64,000 nucleotides of DNA from Pelomyxa schiedti. Its lineage: Eukaryota > Protista > Evosea. Below the pieces are notes generated by a model. It worked only from the letters and a program-made list of their open reading frames with translations. It was not told the DNA's origin and ran no database searches. The stretch spans positions 62,001 to 126,000 of the forward strand of contig JAHLWZ010000693.1 in NCBI GenBank assembly GCA_020536535.1. The letters run 5' to 3'. The position numbers and the translations under genes were made by a program. Each line of letters starts with the position of its first letter. Position 1 is the stretch's first letter. Positions 12,847-27,157 of the stretch are shown here, in pieces.

Positions 12847-13289
12847 AGATCTCGCGTACTTTGTACTCTGTTTGTTGTGACACGCGTCGCAAGTACGCAG
12901 TTTGGGGGTGGAGGACCGGGCGTTAGGCCGATGGTGTTAGGTTTTTTTTGGTTTGTTTTTCTTTTGGTCCTGCGAAGACGGGACAAATTTTGTTGAATAT
13001 CTTTTTTCCGAAGGAACAGGAACACATCCAAGGTGCCGATGGCAGAGCCGTTGGAAACCTTCCTTTAGAAGAACAAGGGACCACGAATTTCACATCTGTA
13101 GGGCGAAAGCAACCGTAGGAAGAAGATCTCCGTTTTGAGCCGGTTTTTGTACTGCTTTGTTTGGGAAAAACTCCAACGTCTTGAGCTTACGGGTAATTCA
13201 AGATAAAAAAAAACAAACGAACCAACCAAAAAAATCAAAAAACAACCAACACGCTACGCACACACACAACACCAGGTGGTCCAGAAACA

Positions 13290-16200
13290 ATGGTGTGTCG
13301 GCTACGACGTACGCGTGTGATTTTGGCTGCTCTGTTGGCCTTCGTGATCTGTATCCAGATCCCTTTTTCTTTTTCCCCTACGAATTCGTAGTTTTTTTTT
13401 TTTTTTTTTTTTTTCGTACCGATATATTTAAAAACCTTTAGGTCGGTGTGCTGCCGACTACACGTTGTATCCTACGATTTTCCTTGAGGCTGAATATCCC
13501 ACGTACACGGGCACTGGTTGGGAAGTTATTTCGCAGGAGCAATTCAACTCGTGTGGTTTAATTCTACGTGCAAATGCTGAATCTGACGAGGCAGGAAATT
13601 GGGCCACCTACATATTCAATGTTCCTTCGTAAGGATATTCTGTTCTTGAATCCAGCTTAAATTCCCAAGCACTGGAACTTACTGGTTGTGGGCCCGCGTA
13701 CAGAGTGTCATGTCCGGGAGTATCACTTTTCAAGGGTGCAATGTCCAAGTGGACACGGTTCGATTTACTTCCGTGAATGTTGTCTTCGACCCACTTTCAT
13801 ACAGAATGCTATTTTCTCTTGGTCGATGGGCTGGCCTCCCCTCTTTTCCTCCTCGTACATGGAATATCCCCATGGTTGGAGAAGAGCCACTTCATATACC
13901 TTCACTACTACTGGACCTCACAATTTGACTATTACCACTCGGTAAATGTTTTTTCTTTTTTTTATCTTCTCACTCTCTTAGAATGAAATATGCTACAATT
14001 GATAAGTTCATGTTTACTCAGGACGGTACCTCAACAGCACCCCCTTACTTCGATCTTGGGTATACTGCAATTAACATCCCAACCGGCAAATGTATAATTG
14101 TGTTTTTCCGGCACTTCATTTACTTTTTCTTTCCTAAATGAAGGTCAGACTGCCTACTTCGAGGCTGAGTATGGAGACACCACAGGGTTATCAATCATTG
14201 GCGCACCCGACGCCTCTAAGGAAGGAGCTATTTACAAAACTGCCAATGTGAGTGTCTGCACAACAAGTACTTCCGGGACTGCTGTTCGAGTGCGTTGTTG
14301 GGATTTTTTTTCCGTACTATTGACCTCCCTCCAGTTTAACCTGAATTTTTCGGATCCTAGTGTCTATCGTGCTGTGTGGTTGCGGCTGTTAGCTCCTTCA
14401 ACAAGTGCTAATGAGGCTTATATCATTGTAATCTTTCGTGTTCTATTTGAGACTGCTCATAATTTTATTTTTGATACCATAAGAATACTGGCAGTTGTTC
14501 TTCTGCCCTTGTACTCGCGGCACTTCCCTCTCCCGAATTTCAGTGGGTCAGAGTAAGTTCCCCTTGTTTTTTTATTATTGTTAACCCACACAGCTGTACA
14601 AACCCGTTTCTGTCGATAACGAGTTCCATTTGATCATTTCCCCAAAGGAACCTTATCTTTACATCGATAAAGTTTTCATTGGATATGCCGGCAACCCCTC
14701 TGATTCCGTGGATGCGCCTATTCCCGATGCTCGTACGCTACTCTTTCTGTACTCTGGAGATTAACACATATTTAGCATCATCATGTACCAAGAATGGTCT
14801 CTGTGACCCTGTAACCTCATGTACTTACACCACATCTGTTACCTGCTCAGCCTGCCCCACCCTCGGTTACAGCGGTGGTTGTGCTTTGCTTTCTACTCCG
14901 TCTTGTCAACCGGATGGGTGCAAACGTATTGTACCATTTGGTTGCTTTTACGATCGAACTGCTGCTTTAAGTGCCCTCAGTGATTCACTGCCCTTCCCAA
15001 CCTCAGCTCTGACGGTTGAAATGTGGATGCAACCTATGTTGGAAATGCTTACCAAGGACCATACTGTCTTTTCTTACGTGAGTAACAAACCAAATTTCTC
15101 TGAGCTCCACATCCGTTATAACCCGACAACCGGACTGTTCTTGTGCGTTTCGATTTATCTTTTTTTGTTCCTCTTACTGAAAACAGAAAAATTAATGGCA
15201 TTGCTTTCCGACCAACAACTAATGTATACCTGACAAAGAAGAACATGTGGTATCATGTCTCGGTACAATCATGACCTGGCTACATGATTTCGTAACCTTT
15301 CTCAAGGTAACTTGGGACATTGACGGCAAAACAGTAAAGCTCTATCTCAACAATCTTCTCAAGCACACCTGGCACTACACAGGGGTATAAATCTCGGGAG
15401 TGCTCTAGATTTTAACTTAACTCAGACTGTTACGTTTTACTCTCCTGGAGTTATTTCTCTTGGGAAACCAATTTCTTATGGTATTGCTTTTGGTCGTGGC
15501 CTTTCTTACAAACCCAGGAAAATCGTTTACTTACTCTGACGGTTCGGAACCAAGTTTTTCTATCGACGAGCTGCATATTTGGAATAAAGTTTTAGACAGT
15601 TCCGAATGGACACCTTACCAATCCGCACCGATTACTGTGGCTGTAGCTAATCTACTGTGTAAGTGATTCCACCGTTTGTTCAATCCTTATTTTGGTTAGA
15701 TTCCTTCAGTTTCGGAACTGCGGTGGATACTTTCAGTGTGTCTGTTCCTGTTTGCCCGGCCATAACCTCGGACACTTTTTTACCATACAAGATCACACTC
15801 CGTCCAAGCGAAGGTAAGCCTGACTGTTCTCGTTCTTCTCTAAGCACTGATAGCTGTTGCTCTACGCAATTTATACTATTCTATGGGCGGTGCCAGCTGG
15901 GGTGTTAACGTTAACTGGTTGTATGATAAACCTTGCAATGGGTCTTCTCCCGTTTGGTTCGGTATCGACTGCAACTCCAACGGTCGTGTGTCTGCGATGT
16001 AATGCCATAGTATTTGCGAGTTAGTATTCACTCCCTTAGAAATCTTCCATACAACAACTTGGTGGGCAAGTTCCCTGAGTTCTATGACCAAAAGTTTTTC
16101 ACCTCTTTAACTTCTCTGGATCTCTTGTATGAACTCCCCACCCATAACCTGAACTAACATAGTCAAGAATTTTGTCAGAGAATTCCATAAGCGGCCCAGT

Positions 16201-19200
16201 TCCTGACGATATTGGTTTCTTGGAATCCGTAACATCAATGTATAAAGAGTGTGAATCTACTTGTTAAGTTAACTTGTTAAAGATTTGCCTACGGAAACAA
16301 ACTGACTGCGCTCCCTTCGACTTTCTCAAAGCTCACTAATCTGACCCAACTGTATGTACTTCTTTTCTCGAATAGCGCTTAATTGGCAAAGGTTTTTGCA
16401 GGACAATCTTCTCTCGGGATCTGTCCCTGAAATGTTCGCTACAATGGAAGAACTGACCTATCTGTAAGTTTGTACTGTTCTAGATTGTTTTGACCACTGC
16501 CAAGGTACCTCTCTGACAACGCTTTGACTGGTAGTGTGCCTGTTTCTCTGGCTGACAGCAATATCAAATTCTTGTAAGATTTTCCTGTAGTTTCTCGCGT
16601 TCTAATTTCCGAAAGGGATTTGAGCAATAACCAACTTTCTGGAACTCTTCCAGAAGAGATAGTGAGCTCTCAAATTTATTATATGTTGCACCCCTTTGCT
16701 TTGCCTTGCTTTTGTAACTTCTCTTAGGGATCTGTCAAACAACCAGCTGAGCGGTTTGATCCCTGACAGAACCCCTCAGGACGACAGTAATATGATTCAA
16801 ATGTTTCCCTCTCCCCCTACATCGTGCCTTGTAATTTGCTGGTAGGGACCTTGGGGGCAATAGTTTCCGTTGCATGCTTCCGCCGTTTATGCGTTTGGAC
16901 ACTCTTAAGTTCAAGATCGATGTACAAGGAACTATTTTCTTCTGCCCAACGAACGAAATTTCTGCTGCTGTTGTCAATGAGGCCTGTGGTATGCTACGCT
17001 TCCCCCCAAAGTTCTGGATTCACTTTCCTCTAGAGAGTGTATTTATCAACAGTATTACCCCGTCTGACTGGAACGTTTCCAAAGGCTTCGATCACGTTGT
17101 TGCCACATTGAATGTATCTTCTGTTCACAAGTGTGCTGGTGTTGTTGTTGAGTTCTTGGGACTCGGTCTCGTTAAACCATTCTCTGTTGCTGAGGATGAA
17201 ATCAAAATTTACCTCCCGGAGGCGCCCACAGCGGCCTACCCACTGCGCATCAAGTGGTTGGGTGATTTCTACAACGATACCTACATTTCCAGCAACATGG
17301 TTGATATTACTTACTGGAAGCCTTGCCCAGATAACTGTGTTAAACCTTATGGCGTTTGCATGGGCATAAGTGGAATTTGCCAGTGTAATACAACATGGGA
17401 TGGGCCGGATTGCCACAGCAAAGCGTGCCCAGGCAATTGCAACAGTCATGGTGTGTGCGACGGTCTTACTGGTAAATGTAATTGCACGGACCCGTGGTTT
17501 GGAGTTTCTTGTAATGCTGCTCGCCAGGATTGTGCCGCTTTGAATTACTGTTCTGGGTTTGTGTACTCTTGCTTTAGGTTATCCTCACTTCCTCTGCAGA
17601 ACCGGACAATGTGATATTTACAAAGGGACATGCTCGTGCTACCTTGGTTACTGGTGTGTGTACTCGGTCTCTTTCCAATTCTTACACATGTAGGGGTGAT
17701 GACTGCTCTAATAAGACTTGCCCTCCTTACAAAAAACCATTTTGTAACCATGGGTGGTGTAACGGAACAGCGGGCACCTGTGTCTGCACTTCCGGGTGGG
17801 CAGGGGATGCTTGTGATAAGCCTGCAAAGCCCTGTCCAGCAAACTGTACCAATGAAGTTCAGGGAAGTTGTGACCTTGTCTCTGGTAAGTTTTTTATTGG
17901 CCCTTATTTTGTTTCACGTTTCCTCAGGAACTTGTGTGTGCTACCAGGTTGGATCGATAAAGTGGGGAGGCCCGAACTGCAGCGAGGCTGTGTGCCTTCC
18001 TGCTTGCGTTTCAGGTCAAGGCTCCTGTGAGAATAGCACCTGCAAGTGTGCGGCTGGATATCAAGGGGCAGACTGTGGCGTATTGCATATTCCTTGTCTC
18101 AATAATTGTACTGACCAAGGGTCTTGTGACTACCGATTTGGAAATTGCACCTGCGAATATGGTTTCAGGGTACTGTTCTTGTTCCTTTGTAGTGAATGTG
18201 TTAATTTTGTATAGGGAGAGGACTGCAGCCTTTTCGTCTGTGCAGGCACACCTGAGTGCAATTCGCCTCACGGCACCTGCAATCAAACGGATGGCACTTG
18301 CCTCTGCCAGGATGACCGAGGCACTACAGGAGAATACTATACCGGCTTCCGTTGCCAATACCAGAACTTCCAATGCCCAGGCACTCCTACGTGCTCTGGT
18401 CATGGTTTTTGTGACAAGTCTGACGGAATTTGTACCTGCTCTTATCCCTACGATTGGGCAAGTGCTACAGATTGTTCCATTGCTTTATGTCCTAAAAACT
18501 GTTCCTACCCTCAAGGTACATATTTTTGAGGAACTTCATCTTTTTACCACTCCCTTTAGGAGTATGTGACAGATCCACTGGCAAGTGCGCGTGCACTTCG
18601 GAGTACAATACTACCCAGGACTGCTCCTATAAGCACAGTATATTACATTATCCATAAACCCTTTGCCGACAATTAATAACAGTTGATTGCCCGGCAAGCT
18701 GCAACCACGGCTATTGTGATTACATGGTTGGAGAATGCAAGTGCGACGTTGGATACGGTGATGCCACCAACACCACTTACTGTGATTTCCTACTGTGTCC
18801 CGCCAACTGTAACGGGCAGGGGGCCTGCATAAACGGGTCTTGCGACTGCATTACTGGTTTGTGTCTGAGTTTTTGTGATTTTCTGAACCTGGCTAAGGTT
18901 GGTCTGGATCCAGTTGTGCCATCTCCAATGTCAGTTGCCCTGATAACTGCAATGCCCCTAATGGCTACTGCACAACAGACGGTGAATGTTTCTGCTACGG
19001 CACCTTCTATGGCCCCGCTTGCGCGGACAGTTGGCTTCTCTCTTTTCTTCCTTTTTTTTAAAAACCCTTTTAGAGAGTTGTTACTCTGGTTGCTCTGGGC
19101 ATGGTCTCTGTGATACTGTCACAGGCACTTGCACCTGCGACCCTGGTTTTGAACTTCCGGACTGCTATATTAACTTGTGTTCATTGAACGACTACTGCAC

Positions 19201-21367
19201 TTCCAACAAGCGTGGTACTTGTGATTCTCTGTCGGGAACGTGCAACTGCATTTCTCCGTATTGGGGATCCTCTTGCGAAAATATTTGGTGTCCTTCGAAC
19301 TGTACAGGACACGGGAATTGCTCATACGAAACGTTGTTCCTTTACCTTTATGTAAGTATTTAACGTTACGTAGTGGAGTGTGCACGTGTGAAGACGTCTA
19401 TATAGGCACAGTATGTTTCTGTTTCCCTCATTTTTTCTTTCCCGCTGTGGTACTAAGGACAATAAAGGCTTGTGAGACCTTCTCTGTTGCTTGCCCTCCC
19501 GATCGTATGAATGAGTGCAATGGCAACGGCAAATGTGACAATACGGTGGGTGTCTGCGATTGCCAGAGCGGCTTCTTTGGTACAGAGTGCAACCAACGTA
19601 TGTGTCCTTTCGTATAAATCGCCATTGACCTATAAAGGCTGGTGCCCAAATAACTGTTCTGATCATGGTACCTGCAATTATGCAACTGGGGAATGCACAT
19701 GTAACGTCGGTTGGAATGAGCCAACCGACATTACTTGCTCTGTGAGATACGTTGACTGCTTGTAGGTGTAGTTTCCTTGACACTTTGTTGTAACTATACG
19801 CAGGGAGCCAAATTGCACTGGTAATGGCTTCTGCAATAAGTATATCGAGACGGCTGGGCACGGTACCTGTTATTGTTATTCCGGTTACTATGGAGACAGT
19901 TGCGAGTTCAAGTCTTGCCCTCCTCGTTGTGATGAGCACGGCACTTGTGAATCGAACGGCACTTGCACGTGTGACCAGTATTGGAACGGGACTGCTTGTC
20001 TCGAGCCGACGAGTATGTGTTCCTTCCTTTGGTCTTATGTACCCATTTAAACAGAGCCATGCCCTGGTGATTGCTACACTCCTCATGGTACATGCAATCA
20101 TGTTTCTGGAAACTGCACATGCGCTATACCTTATGAGCTACCCTATTGTCAATATGGTATCAATCAGCCACTCTTTTATATTTTAATCATTGTTTTCCCA
20201 GCTCCGTGCTATTTGGATTGTTCTGGCCATGGTACCTGCATTCGAGAGAATGGCACCTGCACTTGCCAACAGTATTATAGTGGCGCTGGTTGTCAGATAG
20301 CCAACCTTCCTTGCGTTCCTTCCTGCACTATACATGGGAAGTGTGATCCGAAGTGCGCTTTCTCCTCAGTTAATTTTTTATGTAACTCCGCTTCAGTACT
20401 GGAACTTGTGTGTGCTCTGGAGGTTTCCATGGAACTACGTGCAACAACAAAACTGTATGGGTTTCTAAATGCTTGTCCCTATTTAACGGTTTCAGTGCCC
20501 TGGTGCGACACCCTGCAACAGCAAGGGTACCTGTGATTGGAGTACAGGAACGTGCACTTGCCCAGACCCAGAGTGGCAAGGGGATGCTTGCCAAATCCCC
20601 AACTGTGCGTTTTTACATTCTGACTTTTTTGGGTTTAACATGTGTCAAGTGCCTTGCCCCGGTAATTGTACAAATTCCACACACGGCCTGTGCAATGCCC
20701 AAACTGTAATCCCTCACACTCTCCAACAATCATTCTAAATCACAAAAGGGAACCTGCTCTTGCCGTTACCCTTACTTCGGGTCATCATGCTCCAACAGTA
20801 CTTTCTTCCTTTCCCTTATTTTCCTCTTATGGTTCCCCAGTACACTGCCCAAATCAGTGCAGAGGCTACGGCACATGTAATAACATCACCGGAGTTTGCA
20901 CCTGCTTCGGAAGACATCTTCCTCCCGACTGCTTCTTCAGTAAGCCTTCACTCTTCTTGTTCTTCATACCACCCCTACTTACTTTACCCACAGGCTCGTG
21001 CCCGGGTAACTGCAGCGGGCATGGTACCTGCAACCCATTCACTGGTCTGTGCACTTGCTCTCCTTATGACATGTGGGGCGGCGACGATTGCAACACCCGA
21101 CTCTGCCCTATGGACTGCTCCGGCTCCGGCACATGCAAGAGCAGCGGCAAGTGCGATTGCAAGATTGGAACCACCGGCGACGGTTGCCAGAAGGAGAACT
21201 GGTGGATAATCGTTGTCTGTGCCTGTGGTGGCTCCCTCATCCTGGTTGGTGGTGCCTTCGGTGCATTCATGGCCATCAGACAGTTCCGAATCAGCCAAGC
21301 CACCAAGCGCAAGATAGCCAACCAAGGCAAGTACTCTAGTGCTGAGATGGCGCCCTCTGGGCATTGA
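13290..21367 (+). CDS. Very large type I membrane protein: signal peptide, two CBM-like (xEAEY) modules, LamG/pentraxin-like domain, LRR block, ~25-28 teneurin-type EGF repeats, TM, short tail
   Basis: Signal MVCRLRRTRVILAALLAFVIC. IFLEAEY and YFEAEY modules, then LTVEMWM..WYHV..TWD..VKLY (LamG-like). LRR cap CCSWGV..WFGIDCNSNGRV and repeats NLVGKFP / NSISGPVP / NALTGSVP / DLSNNQLSG. Repeated CPxNCSGHGxC...CxC....GxDC, and TM WWIIVVCACGGSLILVGGAFGAFMAI. Confidence 0.82.
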
Positions 21368-21681
21368 GAGGTTGTTGAGTATTAACGGGACAATACAACT
21401 GTCATTTTTAATTTTTTTTGTCCGACGCTGGCTTTTTTCTTTGCCTTCTTGCTTCGTAAGGGGAGCCACTCCACTACTCTGTTCTCGTAGTACCGCACAG
21501 ATTGGTTAGCTCTCGTACCTCTAGATCTAAAAAAAGTGGGTGGCACAGTGCAACTCTTAGCTGTGTTGCAAGCTAAAATCTACACCAGATTTCACGTTTC
21601 TTCTAAACGCTTTCTCCTTCCACCATCATAAAACGGGCTCTTTTTATTCAACGTTTTTCGACAACCAAATTTCAGTAATAA

Positions 21682-23407
<1,726 letters not shown>

Positions 23408-23408
23408 G

Positions 23409-23513
23409 ACCTCCCCTTTACATAAGCAGACCTTGGTGCATAAGCTACCAAACTGACTGACCACTGAGCATGCGAATACCGCAGTGCACTGGGTCTGCAG
23501 CAAAAGGGGGGGT
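23409..23513 (+). promoter_or_regulatory. Long imperfect hairpin immediately 3' of the TrxR Sec/stop codons (SRE-like candidate)
   Basis: ACCUCCCCUUU (23409-19) pairs with AAAGGGGGGGU (23503-13), GCAGACCU (23426-33) with GGGUCUGC (23491-98), and GGUGCA (23435-40) with UGCACU (23485-90). Pairing was done by eye and the function is unproven. Confidence 0.55.
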
Positions 23514-23549
23514 GTAAAACACCTCTACACAGCAGGCTGATAACGCGGG

Positions 23550-23644
23550 TCTGGAGGTGTGCTCTGGTGACGAAGTGGGACAACAAATACCTGCTTGGTA
23601 ATGTTCTGCTACTGATGATATTGAGCACAAGAAAAACCTCTGGA
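23550..23644 (+). promoter_or_regulatory. SECIS element, type II, GUGA core variant
   Basis: Helix I UGUGCUC (23558-64) pairs with GAGCACA (23623-29), extended by 23550-58 with 23636-44. Core G-UGAC (23567-71) faces UGAU (23613-16). Helix II GAAGUGGGAC / GUUCUGCUAC has 9 of 10 pairs. There is an unpaired AACAAA and an apical mini-helix UACC-UGCUU-GGUA. It lies about 166 nt downstream of the UGA. Confidence 0.88.
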
Positions 23645-23727
23645 ACCACGTTTTGGCCAAATCCACGACACAAACCAAACCTATCCAATTAAAAACACAA
23701 AGACAAACTAAAAGAAAGTACTTTTTG

Positions 23728-24195
23728 TTACTCCAAGCTCTTTCTAGTCTTTTTTGTGAGCCCGCCCCTGATTTCCTTGAAGATGCGATCAACTTGCAAC
23801 TTGTTGAAAGCTTCGGAACCCGAGTGGAAGGAATACAACGCGGAATCAAATCGTTGAACGAGGCTGTGGTTGCAACAAGAGTTATTCAGGCACAGATTTC
23901 TGAGGGTCAGGAGATGTGCCTCCAGCATCTCAAGCGACTTCTGAAAACGAGCAATGGCGCGTTGGGCGGCCGACACCGAAATCAGATCGCAACTTGCGCG
24001 TTCAAGCACTGAAGTCAGAATTGTGGTGAGCTCGTCACTGGCGCACTCGAGCTCCTCGTTGGCGTCGCACACGTGATTGGCACAATCACGGATAGAGAGA
24101 GGGTCCTCCTTCAGAGTGAGATTTGCAACCTGCGCACACAGAGTGTTGATTTGTTCCGACAACGACGGTTGTTCTTCTCGTTGCATGTCTGCCAT
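23728..24195 (-). CDS. Hypothetical helical/coiled-coil protein
   Basis: 155-codon ORF MADMQREEQPSLSEQINTLCAQVANL with an A-rich start context (aaaaacaacATGG) like other genes here, divergent from the MFS gene. No family recognised. Confidence 0.5.
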   Translation of the reverse strand: MADMQREEQPSLSEQINTLCAQVANLTLKEDPLSIRDCANHVCDANEELECASDELTTILTSVLERASCDLISVSAAQRAIARFQKSLEMLEAHLLTLRNLCLNNSCCNHSLVQRFDSALYSFHSGSEAFNKLQVDRIFKEIRGGLTKKTRKSLE

Positions 24196-24399
24196 GTTGT
24201 TTTTAATCAGCAGGAATCCTGTTGTGTGTGATTCACTCGTTGTGTAAAACGACTTACTTCCCTGGGTGCGGTATTCCGTAGTCTTGGACAACGCCTCGTG
24301 CTCGGTGCCTCTTTTTCGTTTTGCTGTCCGTTTTGTTTTTGGTTTCCCTTAAAAAGTGCCGAAAAAAACTTGACCTTATCACCGGTGACCTGTACATTG

Positions 24400-26977
24400 A
24401 TGGCGGGCATTCCGCCATGGGCAGAAGATGATGAAGTGGACTTGGGAAGCGTCTCTACACACCGGCAACGGCGTGGGGGGCCCGCTGCTGACTCCCACAC
24501 AACAACCACCGGTGCACACAGCGAGGCATCTACAGCACACCAACAGCAGCAACCGCCGCCAACAACGACAGAGACAACAGCAACAACTACTATGGCAGCG
24601 GCCCCAACGGAAGCCAAAATCAAAGCAGGCAGTGATGCGGAGGCGGCGGTGAGGGGGGAGCTGGAGGCGCAGCAGCAGGAGGCGGAGGGGGAGGGGGACG
24701 CGGTGGAGCTGGGAGGCGGGGGTGGGGAGGGGGAGGGAGAGAGCGACGGGGTGGTGCGGGTGAGGCTGAGCGAGGCTCTGGGCATGGCGGGATACGGGAG
24801 ATATCAGCGCCGCTTGTTGTTCATCGTTGGATTCAGCTTGTGTGTGGCTCGTGGTCGTGGTCGTGGTCGTGGTTGCGGTGGCTTGGGGGCAGTTTTTTTT
24901 TTTTTTTTGGGTTTTTGTTTGGACTTTGGGTTTTGGATTTGGTTTCGCTTGGGTTATGATTTGGTTTTTGTTTCTATTTGGTTGAGGTTGAACTAGTCTG
25001 TTTGGGTTTCATTTGTTCCTCTTGGATGTTTTTGCTGATTGGTGTGTGAATAGATTTGCAGATGCTTGTGAACTCATGCTTCTGCCCTGGATCCAAGTAT
25101 TTTCCTTTATTATTTAAGAAACTGTTCTGCTCTTCTTCTGGTTTACTCTTACCAGCATGGTGTGGAATGTGACCCCTCAATGAATGTCACAGACAAACAA
25201 GCTTCCTCAATATCTGCCATGGTATTTTTGGGCATGCTAACTGGTGCTGTACTCTCTGGTGTAGGTTTTTATTAATTTCTTTTTTGGGTGAGACTTAATT
25301 AATACAGTTGATCTCTGATAGCATTGGGCGTCGACCTTCCTTACTTTTTTCAACTTTTCTTGTTGCTGTATTTGGGCTTCTATCTGCAGTTTCCACATCG
25401 ATTGTCATGCTTGATGCAATTCGATTTTTGGTTGGCATAGGTGTTTCTGGCACTCCAGCCGCTATAGCATTATACACAGTTTGTTGGCAGCACTTATTTT
25501 TATTCTATCATGTCAAGTAAACTTAGGAATTTTTGCCAACTGAATTCAGAGGCCAAAACTTAGTACTGTACCTAGTTTTCTTCTCTGTGGGTACATCTGC
25601 CCTTGCCATTTTCTTACACAATTAAACATTTTTTAGGATCTATTTTTGTTTCACTCCTGTCGTGGGCCACTCTTCCCACTCTTGGGTACCCACACAATCA
25701 CTGAATTTTTCCAATTCTTTATAGATGGCGGTTCTTATTATTCTTCTCGGCAATACCGGCATTGATTATGCTATTCATTTCCATCCCACTGTTACCTGAA
25801 TCTCCTCGATTTCTATTAGTCAAACCAGAGCAAAGGCTACTGTGTTCGTGGGGGAAACGCACTGGTATATGCACGAAACCATGATCGGCACTTAACATGC
25901 AGCAGGTGGTCGTGCTGCATTGAACTCTCTAAAAACCGTTGCACGAGTCAACAGAAGAGCTTTGCCATCCAAAATTGAAATTGTGCTTGATAACAGACCT
26001 CCTCTGGGAACCAAACATGATTGTATCAATCCTGAGGGAGACCGGGCCGCACCCAAAGGAAAGCTCTACACCCTTCAAAAAAGTTGTCAAAGGCTTTTGA
26101 CTCCTCCACTCCTGTGCCCATTTCTTCTTCTATGCTTGTTGTTCTTCTTGATGGCCTTTCTTTATTACGGACTTGTGCTGGTATCAATCCCACTCCCACA
26201 AAAGGAAAGAATATAAATTCGAAGGGAAAAAAAGCTATCTGTGTCTCTTATTGCTGCTGACTCTCAACTTCCATTGTGTGAAGGCTCAAGTACAATTCAC
26301 CAGCTCTCTAATTGGGACTACCTGCAAGTTGTTATCTCGAATGCAGCAGAGGTCAGCCACTTCCTCAACACCACCGAAAAAACATCACTTGACGCCTCAC
26401 AAAAAAATAGATGCCAGGCCTAATGTTTATGTATTTACTTCTTGACCGCATCGGGCGCCGTTACACAATTTCTGTTTCATTTCTTTTAAGTGGGATTGTT
26501 GTATCCATTCTCATTTTTCCACGTGTTTCTGGGGTCACTCAGGTTGCATATCGCATTTCATCCCTTTTTTTCCCAACTGCACACAGTGTGTAATACTGTT
26601 CCTATCCCGAGCTTTTGCTTTGTCATTCAACCAGTCGTTATGGGTTTATACAACTGAAGTAACTACTACCCCCATTTTCCTCCTTCTAAAAAAACTGCAG
26701 GTGTTTCCTACGGCAATTCGCACAACAGCATTGGGTGTTGTCACTAGCTTTGCCAGACTAGGAGGTGTTTTTGCTCCGGTCTTCCTTGCGCATGTATTTC
26801 TTCCCTTTATGTGTAATAATAATAAATGCACCCTAAATGAAACAAAAGGTTTTCCAAGAGGGTTCAGCGGGCCATGGGCTCGTACTTGGGTCATGTGTTG
26901 CAGTTGCTTTCACGTCATGCATTGTTGCCCTGTTGCTTCCCTCAGAAACTGGGCACCAAGGCTTATTGGACACCTAA
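24400..26977 (+). CDS. MFS transporter, SV2/SVOP-like
   Basis: LSEALGMAGYGRYQRRLL, ISDSIGRRPSLL (MFS motif A), RFLVGIG, EFLPTEFRG, LPESPRFLL, LLDRIGRR, YTTEVFPTAIRTTALG..FARLGG, ending LLPSETGHQGLLDT*. Confidence 0.88.
24851..24874 (+). repeat. (GTGGTC)n hexamer microsatellite near the start of MFS intron 1
   Basis: GTGGTC x3 followed by GTGGTT. Confidence 0.7.
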
Positions 26978-27157
26978 AAGGACACATTTGGCACTTTTGC
27001 AAGAACCGCCCTTGCCTGCCATGATTTTGAAATGAAATCAGGCAATCGTAAGAATGGCAGGATTGCGGTTGTGAGAAAGATGGATCCGTCAACAATTTAG
27101 CCTAAGCCGGGCCGTTTTTGATTCTTCACGCAAAAAACAAAAAAACCAAGTGGAGGC

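Noticed and set aside
23653-24012. Plus-strand 119-aa ORF with a snapin-like coiled-coil look
   Set aside because: It is antisense to the minus-strand ORF, which has a typical start context and divergent-promoter position. It also begins inside the TrxR 3' end region with no canonical ATG.
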